Source of the DNA: Candidatus Uhrbacteria bacterium
Lineage (GTDB): Bacteria; Patescibacteriota; Patescibacteriia; UBA9934; GWF2-40-263
Length of the DNA: 64,000 nt
Direction of reading: 5' to 3'
NCBI GenBank assembly: GCA_016188475.1
Contig: JACPHT010000006.1
Coordinates: forward strand, 68,313-132,312
Within the stretch, counting starts at the first letter, position 1; each line of letters opens with the position of its first letter. The notes below the pieces were generated by a model. The model worked only from the letters and a program-made list of their open reading frames with translations. It ran no database searches and was not told where the DNA came from. Below are positions 1-9,120 of the stretch, one piece after another. The position numbers and the translations under genes were made by a program.

Positions 1-1213
1 TGTTGATCTGGAAGCAGGTCCAGACATGGTGAGAATTATGACAGTTCACGGCGCAAAAGGATTGGAGTTTCGATATGTTTTTGTTGTAAATCTTGTTGAT
101 CGTAAGTTTCCAACTCAACGCCGCGGTGAAGCGATTCCTCTTCCCGATGAAATTTTGAATAACGAAAAAACACTTGACGAATCGCTGAATCATCTTGAAG
201 AAGAGCGTCGGTTATTTTATGTTGCAATGACCCGAGCAAAAGAAGGTTTGTTTTTTACATCAGCGGAAGATTATGGTGGAGCTCGAAGTAGGAAGTTGTC
301 GAGGTTTTTAGATGAAGTAGGAATTGAAAAAGGTCTGAAAGGACAGAAAGGTCGGGAAGGTCAAGAGATCATCGAATTTTTTGATGATGATCAAGAGGTA
401 ATAGACAAAACAGAATTGCAATCATACACTCCAAAACGATTTTCGTTCACACAACTTGCGGCTTTTCAAACTTGTCCATTGCAATATAAGTTCGCGCATA
501 TTCTTCGGGTTCCAGTTCTTGGAAAATGGACATTTTCGTTTGGTAAAACAATGCACAATACATTGCATCGATATTTTTTAGCTTGGATGGAACGATCTGG
601 TCAGCGACAAACAACACTTTTTGCAAAAGAAAATCGAGACGCATCAAAAGACGGTTTACCAGTCGGGATTGATGAACTTTTTGAAATGTACAATTCTTGT
701 TGGCAAGATGATTGGTATCCAAACGATCAAACGAGAGAAAAGTATCGTAAAAATGGAAAGGATCAACTTGTTTCTTACGTTTCATTTTTAAAAGAAAATC
801 CTCCAGAGCCGATTGCCCTTGAACAAGGTTATACATATAAAATCGGTGACATTGTTTTGAAAGGTCGTATGGATCGAATCGATCGTTTTGAGGACGGCGT
901 TGAAATTATTGATTACAAAACTGGAAGTCCTAAAATAGAAAAAAAACTTGATCGCTTTGACAAAGAACAATTATGGTTGTATCAGCTTGCCGCGCGCGAT
1001 GTTCTTGGCTTAAACGTGAAAAAACTTTCGTTCGTATATTTGGAAAACAATTCCGTTGTTTCTTTTCTTGGAACAGATGATGATCTTTTGAAATTGCAAG
1101 AAGATATAGTCGATCGAGTAGCGCGAATCCGTGAAAGTCATTTTCCTCCAACTCCGGGATTTCATTGCCAGTATTGTGATTTTGCTGACATCTGTGAGTT
1201 TCGACAGATTTAG
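1..1213 (+). CDS. UvrD/PcrA-family helicase C-terminal region fused to a PD-(D/E)XK Cas4/AddB-like nuclease domain (5'-partial; start lies upstream of the window)
   Basis: ORF 26..1213 opens with helicase motif VI-like VHGAKGLEF...YVAMTRAKEGL. The downstream part carries nuclease motifs (GRMDRID...IIDYKTG...YQLAA) with a Cys near its N-terminus (QTCPLQY) and C-terminal CQYCDFADIC (4-Cys cluster typical of Cas4/AddB). The frame is open to position 1. Confidence 0.7.
   Translation, partial: VDLEAGPDMVRIMTVHGAKGLEFRYVFVVNLVDRKFPTQRRGEAIPLPDEILNNEKTLDESLNHLEEERRLFYVAMTRAKEGLFFTSAEDYGGARSRKLSRFLDEVGIEKGLKGQKGREGQEIIEFFDDDQEVIDKTELQSYTPKRFSFTQLAAFQTCPLQYKFAHILRVPVLGKWTFSFGKTMHNTLHRYFLAWMERSGQRQTTLFAKENRDASKDGLPVGIDELFEMYNSCWQDDWYPNDQTREKYRKNGKDQLVSYVSFLKENPPEPIALEQGYTYKIGDIVLKGRMDRIDRFEDGVEIIDYKTGSPKIEKKLDRFDKEQLWLYQLAARDVLGLNVKKLSFVYLENNSVVSFLGTDDDLLKLQEDIVDRVARIRESHFPPTPGFHCQYCDFADICEFRQI
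327..366. repeat. 9-bp-periodic GAAAGGTC-type tandem array (copy 1 of 4), inside the helicase-nuclease CDS
   Basis: aaaaggtctg|aaaggacag|aaaggtcgg|gaaggtcaa; translated in frame as the collagen-like GXY stretch EKGLKGQKGREGQE. Confidence 0.45.
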
Positions 1214-1228
1214 GATAGAATATCCAAT

Positions 1229-1549
1229 ATGTCCCTTACTCCAATACGCGATTTGCTTACAACAGCGCTTAAACGAGCAAATGTTTCAACACAGGTGAAC
1301 GCAACACAAGTTGTAACAAAAGCAAACGAAGAGATCGCGAGAATACTGCCTCAAGAACAAAATTCCGACGCTCGCGCAGTTTCCTTGAAGGATAATATAT
1401 TAACGATCGAAAGTTGTCACTCATCAACCGCCCAATTCGTATCAGAATTTGAACAACAGATTTTAAACGAGATAAAAAAAAAATTTCCCGAACAAAAAAT
1501 TATAAGAGTCAGATATCGAATAAGTAAAACATCAAATATCGCATTATGA
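1229..1549 (+). CDS. small DUF721-like protein (putative nucleic-acid-binding protein)
   Basis: 106 aa ORF; N-terminal RDLLTTALKR motif reminiscent of DUF721. It sits tightly spaced after the helicase gene. Confidence 0.35.
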   Translation: MSLTPIRDLLTTALKRANVSTQVNATQVVTKANEEIARILPQEQNSDARAVSLKDNILTIESCHSSTAQFVSEFEQQILNEIKKKFPEQKIIRVRYRISKTSNIAL

Positions 1550-1929
1550 CATTGCGTTGGTTTTTGACAATAATGACATTGTCAACTGTTGCGGCCTGGA
1601 TAGGTTGGGTCTTTGTGCTTAATACAACCGATCCGATAACAACGGGTTTAGTCGGATATTTACTTTTTTATTTGACCCTTGCAATTGCATTTTCTGGTAC
1701 AACAGCTTTATTTGGAACTTTAATTCGAATTTGGTTTCATCCTGATGGTATTCCTTATCGTCAGACAGTTCGTGCGCTGAGACAGAGCGTTATTTTTACA
1801 GGACTTTTCGTTAGCGCAATGATACTTCTTTCGTTTGATATAATGCGATGGTGGTCAGCCATTCTGCTTGTTGTGTTGTTTTCTTTGATTGAGCTATTAT
1901 TTTCAGCTCATAACAATCAATCCTTTTGA
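1546..1929 (+). CDS. hypothetical integral membrane protein
   Basis: 127 aa with 3-4 hydrophobic helices; 4-bp overlap with the upstream ORF. Confidence 0.4.
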   Translation: MTLRWFLTIMTLSTVAAWIGWVFVLNTTDPITTGLVGYLLFYLTLAIAFSGTTALFGTLIRIWFHPDGIPYRQTVRALRQSVIFTGLFVSAMILLSFDIMRWWSAILLVVLFSLIELLFSAHNNQSF

Positions 1930-1995
1930 ACACTAAATATATTCAACAGTGGGCTTGCTGTTGTTTTTGTTGTCGAGTAAACTTCTTGTAGTAAT

Positions 1996-3048
1996 ATGTT
2001 TAACAAGTTTTTCGGACGTTTCTCAAAAGATCTGGGTATTGACCTTGGCACGTCAAATACACTCGTCTACTCAAAAGACGGCGGCATTGTTGTAAATGAA
2101 CCGTCGATTGTAGCTGTCAACACTAGGACAAACCAAATTTTAGCTGTTGGAAAAGACGCAAAAGACATGCTGGGAAAAAATCCTCCTCACATTGAAATGA
2201 CAAAACCACTTACAAAAGGAGTTATTTCAGATTTTGAGGTCACTGAAAAAATGCTTAAGTATTTCATTGATAGAGTGCATTCTGAATCTTTTACAATAGT
2301 TCCTCGACCGCGTGTTGTTATAGGTGTTCCTCTTGAAACAACAGAAGTTGAGCGTAAAGCAATTGAAGATGCCGCGCTTTCCGCTGGTGCGCGTCAGGTT
2401 TTTCTTGTTGAAAATCCCATGCTCGCGGCTCTTGGGGCAAGACTTCCGCTTTCTGAATCTGTTGGAATGATGGTTGTTGATCTTGGAGGTGGCACAACCG
2501 AAATCGCGGTTATGTCGCTTGCAGGAATTGTGACCTGGAAATCTCTTCCGATTGCAGGTGACGAGTTGAACAAAAACATTATTCAATATGCGCGCGATGT
2601 TTTCAATCTTCTGCTTGGCGAACGTGTTTCTGAAAAAATCAAAATGAGAATAGGAACAGCAATCGAACAAGACGAACCTCTTGAAATGGAAATGAGAGGA
2701 AGGGATTTATTGACCGGCCTTCCAAAAGAAATCATAGTTAACGACACACAAATTCGTGAAGCATTGGAACGATCGATCAGAACAATTGTTGATAATGTTA
2801 AAGCCGTGCTTGAAACGACACCTCCTGAACTTGTTGCTGATATTTATGAGCGCGGAATTGTTCTAACAGGCGGAGGCGCATTGCTTCGCGGTTTGGATAA
2901 ACTTATTTCTCGTCAAGCCGCGATTCCTGTTCGAATCGCTGATGATCCGCTAACATCAGTGGTTCGTGGAGCTGGTTTTCTCCTTGACCAAGAGGATTTA
3001 CTCAAAGATATATCGCTTCCATCAGCCACCGAAGGTAACATTTTGTAG
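1996..3048 (+). CDS. mreB: rod-shape-determining protein MreB
   Basis: GIDLGTSNTLVY actin-fold phosphate-1 motif and DLGGGTTE phosphate-2 motif; 350 aa. Confidence 0.92.
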   Translation: MFNKFFGRFSKDLGIDLGTSNTLVYSKDGGIVVNEPSIVAVNTRTNQILAVGKDAKDMLGKNPPHIEMTKPLTKGVISDFEVTEKMLKYFIDRVHSESFTIVPRPRVVIGVPLETTEVERKAIEDAALSAGARQVFLVENPMLAALGARLPLSESVGMMVVDLGGGTTEIAVMSLAGIVTWKSLPIAGDELNKNIIQYARDVFNLLLGERVSEKIKMRIGTAIEQDEPLEMEMRGRDLLTGLPKEIIVNDTQIREALERSIRTIVDNVKAVLETTPPELVADIYERGIVLTGGGALLRGLDKLISRQAAIPVRIADDPLTSVVRGAGFLLDQEDLLKDISLPSATEGNIL

Positions 3049-3053
3049 TTTAT

Positions 3054-3797
3054 ATGAAACGTCGCGCTCGTTTATCATTAATTGTTTTAATAATTGTTTT
3101 TTTGCTCATTTTTGCAAGAGGTTGGTTTGAGCGCGGAATCCAAATTGTGCAAAGGCCATTGGCGCGAGCAGGAACTTGGTTTTATAAACAGCCGAATTTT
3201 TTAGAAGTTGAAGATAAATTTGTCTCACTCGCGATTGATAAAGCAAAATATGAACAGCTGGTTCGAGAGAATCAGGAATTAAAAGACGCTTTGAATTATA
3301 TCGAGCGGTCGGATTTATCGTCTGTAATAGCAACGGTTATTGCTAGATCAAATACAGTACAGACTTCGACATTTTCAATTGATCGCGGAGATCAGGATGG
3401 AATAAAAGTCGGTGATCCTGTAATTATTAAAGACGGGGTTCTTGTCGGAAAAATTATTTCTGTTACGCAAAAAAGTTCAACTGTAAGAACTTTAGCTGAC
3501 CCTTCTGTTGCGACAGCGGTTAGTTTGTTAAACCAGTCTCAAACAATCGGCGTTGCAGAAGGAATGACAGGAAATTTGCTGAAATTGAAATTTATTCCTC
3601 AGGAAACAAAAATTGATATTAATAATTTGGTTGTGACTTCGGGGCTTGAACCGCGTATACCGGCCGGATTACTTGTCGGAATTATTAATGACGTCCGACC
3701 TGAACAAAACGCTCCGTTTCTGGAAGCAATCATTGAACCGCTCGTAGATTCTCGTTTGCATACTTTGGTGAATATACTTATTCAGAAACAAATATGA
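3054..3797 (+). CDS. mreC: rod-shape-determining protein MreC
   Basis: N-terminal TM helix, coiled coil, then beta domain with the LVVTSGLEPRIPAGLLVG motif; position directly after mreB. Confidence 0.8.
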   Translation: MKRRARLSLIVLIIVFLLIFARGWFERGIQIVQRPLARAGTWFYKQPNFLEVEDKFVSLAIDKAKYEQLVRENQELKDALNYIERSDLSSVIATVIARSNTVQTSTFSIDRGDQDGIKVGDPVIIKDGVLVGKIISVTQKSSTVRTLADPSVATAVSLLNQSQTIGVAEGMTGNLLKLKFIPQETKIDINNLVVTSGLEPRIPAGLLVGIINDVRPEQNAPFLEAIIEPLVDSRLHTLVNILIQKQI

Positions 3798-4297
3798 TGC
3801 GAGTCGCAGTCTCAACAATTTTATTTCTTATTGTATTTCTTATTGAAATAAGTTTTATAAGTTCACTTCCTTCGGTTTTTTCAACGATCCCTCTTATTTT
3901 TGCGCTAAGTGTTTATTTGATTCAGCATCAAGGAGTCACTGATGGAATCGTGTGGATGATCGGTTATGGTTTTTTAATAGATTTGATGCATTTAAGCAGC
4001 ACTCGATTCTCAACAATACCTGCGATAGCGGCATCAATAGTTGCCGCAATTTCAGCAAAGCATCTTTTTTCAAACCGATCTTTTTACGGAGTTATTGCTT
4101 GCGCTGTAAGCAGTTATTTGACATACATTATTTTTGAGATTTTTTTGACACGAGCTGAATGGTCAATATTTTTTCAAACTCATGCTGAAAGACTCGGAAT
4201 GTTGATAGTTGTCGTAGTAATATTCTTTTCGCTCGCGCCTAGCATAAGAAGAATAGTTCAAGTGATGTTTATATCATCACATAAACGATTATATTAA
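3794..4297 (+). CDS. mreD: rod-shape-determining protein MreD (polytopic membrane protein)
   Basis: 167 aa multi-TM protein overlapping mreC by 4 bp and followed by PBP2. Confidence 0.55.
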   Translation: MMRVAVSTILFLIVFLIEISFISSLPSVFSTIPLIFALSVYLIQHQGVTDGIVWMIGYGFLIDLMHLSSTRFSTIPAIAASIVAAISAKHLFSNRSFYGVIACAVSSYLTYIIFEIFLTRAEWSIFFQTHAERLGMLIVVVVIFFSLAPSIRRIVQVMFISSHKRLY

Positions 4298-6202
4298 ATG
4301 TCAAATCAAATACCTCATTCTAGATTGTTCGTTTTGCAGGAAAACGGACCGATTGGAAAACTCACAGAAAGAAGTGGTGTTGCTGTTTTTGAACAACTTC
4401 CAAATACAAGGTGTATAGGATCGGTGATCACTTTGGGTCGTTTGCGTTTTTCACTTATTATTTTTTTCACACTGTTATTTATTTTTTTTGTTCGTTCGGT
4501 CCAACTTCAAATTTTTCAAGGAAATCATTTCCGCGCTCTTGCTGAATCGAATAAATATAGAACCGAACGTCTTGTTCCACAACGAGGTTTGATTTTTGAT
4601 AGAAATGGAATCGTGCTTGCACAGAACATTCCATCTTTTGTCTTAACAATGACAATAGCGGATTTGCCAAAGAACGAACAAAAGCGTTATGAGTTATTTG
4701 ATATTGTAAGCAAATTGGCCGGTGTTCAACCAACAGACTTGGATTTACTCATGACTCAATATGCGAAAAATCAAACCGAAGCGATCCCAGTTAAGAGAAA
4801 CATAAATTTTGAAAGAGCAATGAATCTTGAAATCGAAATCAAAAATCTTCAAGGATTTAATTTACAAACTTCAACTTTAAGAATGTATCCGCAGACGATC
4901 CCTTCACTTTCACATATTCTTGGATACACAGGGAAAATTACCGAAGATGATCTTTCTGTTTTAAAAGATCAAGGATATAAACCAATTGATGTTATTGGAA
5001 AAACAGGCGTTGAACGCGTAGATGAAAGCTTGTTACGAGGTCAGCCTGGCGAGGTCGTGACCGAAGTTGACGCAAGAGGAAAAGAATTGACAGTTGTGTC
5101 ACGTACTAATCCTGTTGTCGGAGCTAATCTGACTCTTACAATAGACTCTGAATTTCAAAAGTTTATTGAAACGCGACTTGAAAAAACAATGCAATCCGTT
5201 GGTTCAACAAAAGGTTCGGTCGTTGTGCTGAATCCAAAAAACGGAGAAGTTTACGCGCTCGTGAGCTTGCCGACTTTTGATAACAATCTTTTCGCGCAGG
5301 GAATCGAAGAAGATACATATAAAAAATTAGCTGACGATAAAGATCAACCTTTATTTTTTCGAGCGATTGCGGGTGAATTTCCATCAGGCTCCACATTCAA
5401 ACCGTTTGTTGCCTACGCCGCGCTTGTTGAAAAAATTATTAACGAAAATACGTCGTTTCTTTCAACAGGCGGAATTAGAATTAACGAATGGTTTTTTCCT
5501 GATTGGAAAGCCGGTGGGCACGGGATTACAAATGTTAGAAAAGCGCTTGCTGAATCAGTGAATACATTTTTTTACATTATTGGCGGCGGGCTTGATCAAA
5601 TCAATGGTTTAGGTGTTGAACGGATAACTGATTACGCAAGACGTTTTGGATTTGGTAAACCAACAGGGATTGATCTGCCGTCAGAAGCCGATGGATTTTT
5701 GCCTTCGAAGGAATGGAAAGAAGAAGTCAAAGGAGAACGTTGGTATGTCGGCGACACGTATCATCTTGCGATTGGACAAGGAGATTTATTAACAACGCCG
5801 CTTCAGATGGCGCACGCGACCGGAATTATAGCGAACAAAGGTGTGGATGTTTTACCACATGTCGTAAATAAAATAAACGATGTTGAAAAAGATATATCAT
5901 CTCAAACACTCGACTCGCTTGATTCGTATGCTCTTTCTGTTGTGAGACAGGGAATGCGACAAACTGTGACACAGGGAAGTGCGCGTTCGTTGTCTGTATT
6001 ACCGGTTTCTGTTGCTGGAAAAACTGGAACAGCCCAAGCTCCAGGACATGAGAAATATCATTCATGGTTCACGGGTTTTGCTCCGTACGAGGATTCGGAA
6101 ATCGCCTTAGCAATCATTGTTGAAGACGGTGGAGAGAGCACTGACGCCGCAGTCCCTCTTGCAAAGGAAATAATCTATTGGTGGTTGACAAATCGCAGAT
6201 GA
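4298..6202 (+). CDS. mrdA: penicillin-binding protein 2 (peptidoglycan D,D-transpeptidase)
   Basis: N-terminal TM helix, dimerisation domain, SGSTFKPF (SxxK) and KTGTAQ transpeptidase motifs; sits in the mreBCD context. Confidence 0.85.
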   Translation: MSNQIPHSRLFVLQENGPIGKLTERSGVAVFEQLPNTRCIGSVITLGRLRFSLIIFFTLLFIFFVRSVQLQIFQGNHFRALAESNKYRTERLVPQRGLIFDRNGIVLAQNIPSFVLTMTIADLPKNEQKRYELFDIVSKLAGVQPTDLDLLMTQYAKNQTEAIPVKRNINFERAMNLEIEIKNLQGFNLQTSTLRMYPQTIPSLSHILGYTGKITEDDLSVLKDQGYKPIDVIGKTGVERVDESLLRGQPGEVVTEVDARGKELTVVSRTNPVVGANLTLTIDSEFQKFIETRLEKTMQSVGSTKGSVVVLNPKNGEVYALVSLPTFDNNLFAQGIEEDTYKKLADDKDQPLFFRAIAGEFPSGSTFKPFVAYAALVEKIINENTSFLSTGGIRINEWFFPDWKAGGHGITNVRKALAESVNTFFYIIGGGLDQINGLGVERITDYARRFGFGKPTGIDLPSEADGFLPSKEWKEEVKGERWYVGDTYHLAIGQGDLLTTPLQMAHATGIIANKGVDVLPHVVNKINDVEKDISSQTLDSLDSYALSVVRQGMRQTVTQGSARSLSVLPVSVAGKTGTAQAPGHEKYHSWFTGFAPYEDSEIALAIIVEDGGESTDAAVPLAKEIIYWWLTNRR

Positions 6203-6253
6203 TATTGTAAAATTCTGTTTCTCGATTTTCGAGAAATATGGAGGAATGGAACC

Positions 6254-6487
6254 ATGTCATCTAGGCTTTCGATGGCTGGAATTAGCAAACTCTTCGAACT
6301 TTTGTCGAAGTCGTATCGTCCGCCTCAAGTCCTGAAACTTATCGATGAAATAAATGCGGCAACACGTGTCGCATTAGTAAGAAATTCTGCCGGTATGTTA
6401 GTCGGAACTGAAATCCAAAGAATCGAAAAGATGAAACAAGAATTGGAGTGTCTTTATATGGCCTGGGTGCAGGGCGAGATCGAATAA
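6254..6487 (+). CDS. hypothetical small protein
   Basis: 77 aa ORF followed immediately by an intrinsic terminator. Confidence 0.35.
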   Translation: MSSRLSMAGISKLFELLSKSYRPPQVLKLIDEINAATRVALVRNSAGMLVGTEIQRIEKMKQELECLYMAWVQGEIE

Positions 6488-6490
6488 CTG

Positions 6491-6520
6491 CTCGTGAGAT
6501 ATCTACTCGCGAGTTTTTTT
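6491..6520 (+). terminator. rho-independent terminator
   Basis: ctcgtgag-atatcta-ctcgcgag hairpin (8 bp, one G-U pair) followed by TTTTTTT. Confidence 0.5.
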
Positions 6521-6529
6521 GATAAATTA

Positions 6530-7333
6530 TTATTTGTTTGAAAAAATAAACGAAATAAGAAATATAAACGCGCCGACAAGAACGATTGTGGCGCCTGAAG
6601 GAAGATCATAAAAAAATGAAAGTGCCAAACCGAACACAATAATTATCTCTGAAAATAGAACTGCGAGAATCATGTGCGCACGAAAACTTTTTGCGTGCAG
6701 ACGGCTAATCGCTGGTGGAATAATAATAAGAGCTGAAACAAGAATTATTCCCAAAATTTTTACCCCTAGAACAGTTGCAATTGAAAGCGCAACATATAAA
6801 ACAGCCGTTTGAAAACGAACGGGAATTCCACTAACGATCGCTTGTTCTTCTGATAAAGATAAAAAAGTAAGTTGACGCCGTGAAGCAATGAGCCAAGTTA
6901 GAATTAAAATTGTTAAAATTGCTATTATCCACAAATCAATGACTGAAACGGAAAGTATACTTCCAAATAAAAAAGAAAGAAGTTCTGGCTGATAACCTGA
7001 AGTGAAATTCATCAAAATAACTCCAAGTGCCATTGCTGAAGTAAAAAAAATGCCAATCACTGTATCGATCGGAAGTTTTGTTTTTTGTTCGAGTATAAAA
7101 ATTAAAAGAGCAAGGAGGATTGCCCAAACTATGGCAACCGGTAACGGGCTAAATCCTGTAAGAATTGCAATTGCAATTCCCGCAAGTGAAGCATGGGCGA
7201 TTCCTTCACCAAAAAAAGCCATTTTTCGAAGTGTTACAAAAATTCCCAATCCTGCCAAAAGAATTCCAAGAAACATTCCAGCAATCAACGCGCGTTGCAT
7301 GAACGGATATTGTAAAAATTGAAACAAGTCCAT
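6530..7333 (-). CDS. metal (Zn/Mn-type, ABC-3 family) ABC transporter permease
   Basis: 267 aa, 8-9 TM helices; typical ZnuB/MntB-like architecture next to an ATPase and a TroA-like SBP. Confidence 0.8.
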   Translation of the reverse strand: MDLFQFLQYPFMQRALIAGMFLGILLAGLGIFVTLRKMAFFGEGIAHASLAGIAIAILTGFSPLPVAIVWAILLALLIFILEQKTKLPIDTVIGIFFTSAMALGVILMNFTSGYQPELLSFLFGSILSVSVIDLWIIAILTILILTWLIASRRQLTFLSLSEEQAIVSGIPVRFQTAVLYVALSIATVLGVKILGIILVSALIIIPPAISRLHAKSFRAHMILAVLFSEIIIVFGLALSFFYDLPSGATIVLVGAFIFLISFIFSNK

Positions 7334-7335
7334 AT

Positions 7336-8082
7336 TTAGTAATGCCTATGGTGAAAATAAAGTGACGTGTCCGTTTTGCCGTAAAGCTCTGAAAGTTTTT
7401 CTTGCGTTAGCGCTTGCTTTGGAGGACCAAAACAAACCAATTTTTTGTTTACACAAATTACTTGATCAACAACATTTGAAATAACCGCGATATCGTGCGA
7501 AACAAGAACGACTGTTGTTCCATGCTGATCTCGTTGTTCTTTTAGAAGATCATAAAATTGTTCCTCGCCAACTATGTCAATTCCTGTTGAAGGTTCGTCC
7601 AAAATAAGAAGAGACGGATGATGAATAGTTGCTTGTGCAATAAGAACTCGTTGCAGTTGTCCGCCGGAAAGCGACCCAAGAGGTTTATGAAGAATTGATG
7701 CTTCAAGACCAACCTCTTTTAATTTATGCGCATGTTCATGTTTGTGAACGTGAGGCTTTGGCAAATCAAGATATTCGCGCACTGTGATAGGGAAGTTGGG
7801 ATCGAAACGGAATCTTTGAGGAACATATCCGACATGCGAGCGAACATGAGACGGAGGTTCGTTGTCAATCAAAACTTCGCCATCAGACGGTATCAAACCC
7901 AACACCGCTCGAATGAGTGTTGTTTTTCCAGAACCGTTTGGACCGATGATCGCAGCAATTTCGCCGTGGTTTACATCAAACGAAACATGAGACAAAATAG
8001 TTTGATTGCCAAAAACGACCGATAGATTTTTCACTTGAATCATCGGATGCTGATTATTGATTTTTTGCGATTGTTCGCGCAT
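7336..8082 (-). CDS. metal ABC transporter ATP-binding protein (ZnuC-like)
   Basis: Walker A GPNGSGKTT, signature LSGGQLQRV, Walker B LLILDEP. Confidence 0.85.
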   Translation of the reverse strand: MREQSQKINNQHPMIQVKNLSVVFGNQTILSHVSFDVNHGEIAAIIGPNGSGKTTLIRAVLGLIPSDGEVLIDNEPPSHVRSHVGYVPQRFRFDPNFPITVREYLDLPKPHVHKHEHAHKLKEVGLEASILHKPLGSLSGGQLQRVLIAQATIHHPSLLILDEPSTGIDIVGEEQFYDLLKEQRDQHGTTVVLVSHDIAVISNVVDQVICVNKKLVCFGPPKQALTQEKLSELYGKTDTSLYFHHRHY

Positions 8083-8911
8083 TTGAAATCATCATGTTTA
8101 TGTATGAAGTAGATTCTGCGCCACCGCCTTCAGGATCGACAGTTGCTACAGAAATATCATGATCTTTGAGAAACGCTTCCATTCCTCGAGTTGAAAATTG
8201 CGGTTCGGCATAAAGTACGCGCACTCCTGTCTCTTTTATTTTTTGTGAAAGTTCTGCGAGATATTGTGGTGTTGGTTCGCGTCCGACAGTCGGTTCGAAC
8301 GTTCCTGCAATGTTCAAGCCGTATTCCTCTGCGAAATAATACCATGCATCGTGAAATGTGATTAGGTCGCGGTTTTTCACGCTTGCCAATTCCGATTTAA
8401 TTTGTTCATCCATTTTTTCAAGTTCTATTTGATAGAGCTTTTGGTTTTGGATTATCGTTTCCGATAATTCAGGGAAAGTCGATTTGAGAGAATCAGCAAC
8501 GGTTTGTGAAATCAGTATTGCGTTTTTGCCAGTTAAAAAATAATGAGGGTCGTCTGGTCGAAGAGCGATTCCATTATCAACAGCCAAAATTTTGCTTGAA
8601 TCATCAACTAAATTTTTAGTCCAATCATCCAGCCCATGACCGATCATAAAAACAGTTTGAGCATTTCCAACTTCGCGCAATATCGTAGGCGTTGGTTCAA
8701 ATGTGTGTGGACTCGCTCCTGGAGGTAAAATCAGGACGACGTTTATTTGATCACCTGCTATGTTTTTTACGATATCGTAAAGAGGGAACAGTGTCGCGGC
8801 AACGGTTGGTTTTTGATCGTTAGTATTTGATGATTCAGGAAATCCAAGAAACAAACCATAAGCGGCAAGGATCAATATAATGGTGATAAACGTAAGTCTA
8901 AAGAGTTTCAT
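8054..8911 (-). CDS. metal ABC transporter substrate-binding lipoprotein (ZnuA/TroA-like)
   Basis: Signal/TM N-terminus and TroA-like fold motifs (His-containing ...GHGLDDW, ...DPHYF...). Confidence 0.75.
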   Translation of the reverse strand: MKLFRLTFITIILILAAYGLFLGFPESSNTNDQKPTVAATLFPLYDIVKNIAGDQINVVLILPPGASPHTFEPTPTILREVGNAQTVFMIGHGLDDWTKNLVDDSSKILAVDNGIALRPDDPHYFLTGKNAILISQTVADSLKSTFPELSETIIQNQKLYQIELEKMDEQIKSELASVKNRDLITFHDAWYYFAEEYGLNIAGTFEPTVGREPTPQYLAELSQKIKETGVRVLYAEPQFSTRGMEAFLKDHDISVATVDPEGGGAESTSYINMMISNARTIAKNQ

Positions 8912-9008
8912 AAATATTACTGTCTGAGCCTGTCGAAGGCTGTTGATTACTTAAATCAATTACTAACGACATTATGACCGTATTTCCTAAAAAATACCAA
9001 TTCTGTTT

Positions 9009-9050
9009 GACCTTTCAGTCCTTTCCGACCTTTCTGACTTTTCAGACCTT
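9009..9050. repeat. 9-bp-periodic GACCTTTC tandem array (copy 2 of 4), directly upstream of the pilM -35 region
   Basis: gacctttca|gtcctttcc|gacctttct|gacttttca|gaccttt, followed by TTGACA (9055-9060) and AGGAGG (9108-9113) before the ATG at 9121. Confidence 0.5.
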
Positions 9051-9120
9051 TGCATTGACACTGTCCACGAAGTATGTTCAAATAAATTCGCTGAAGGCAA
9101 AAGCCTTAGGAGGTACAGTA

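Noticed and set aside
2227-2670. Numerous 60-150 aa ORFs antisense to or nested within long conserved genes (e.g. 2227..2670, 7002..7322, 51293..51755, 62244..62564)
   Set aside because: They overlap well-supported CDS on the opposite strand or in another frame and have low-complexity translations. They are treated as spurious.
8974-9120. ORF-track 5' extension of pilM (MTVFPKKYQFCLTFQSFPTFLTFQTF...)
   Set aside because: It is the translation of the 9-bp GACCTTTC repeat array and promoter region. The real start is the ATG at 9121, preceded by AGGAGG.
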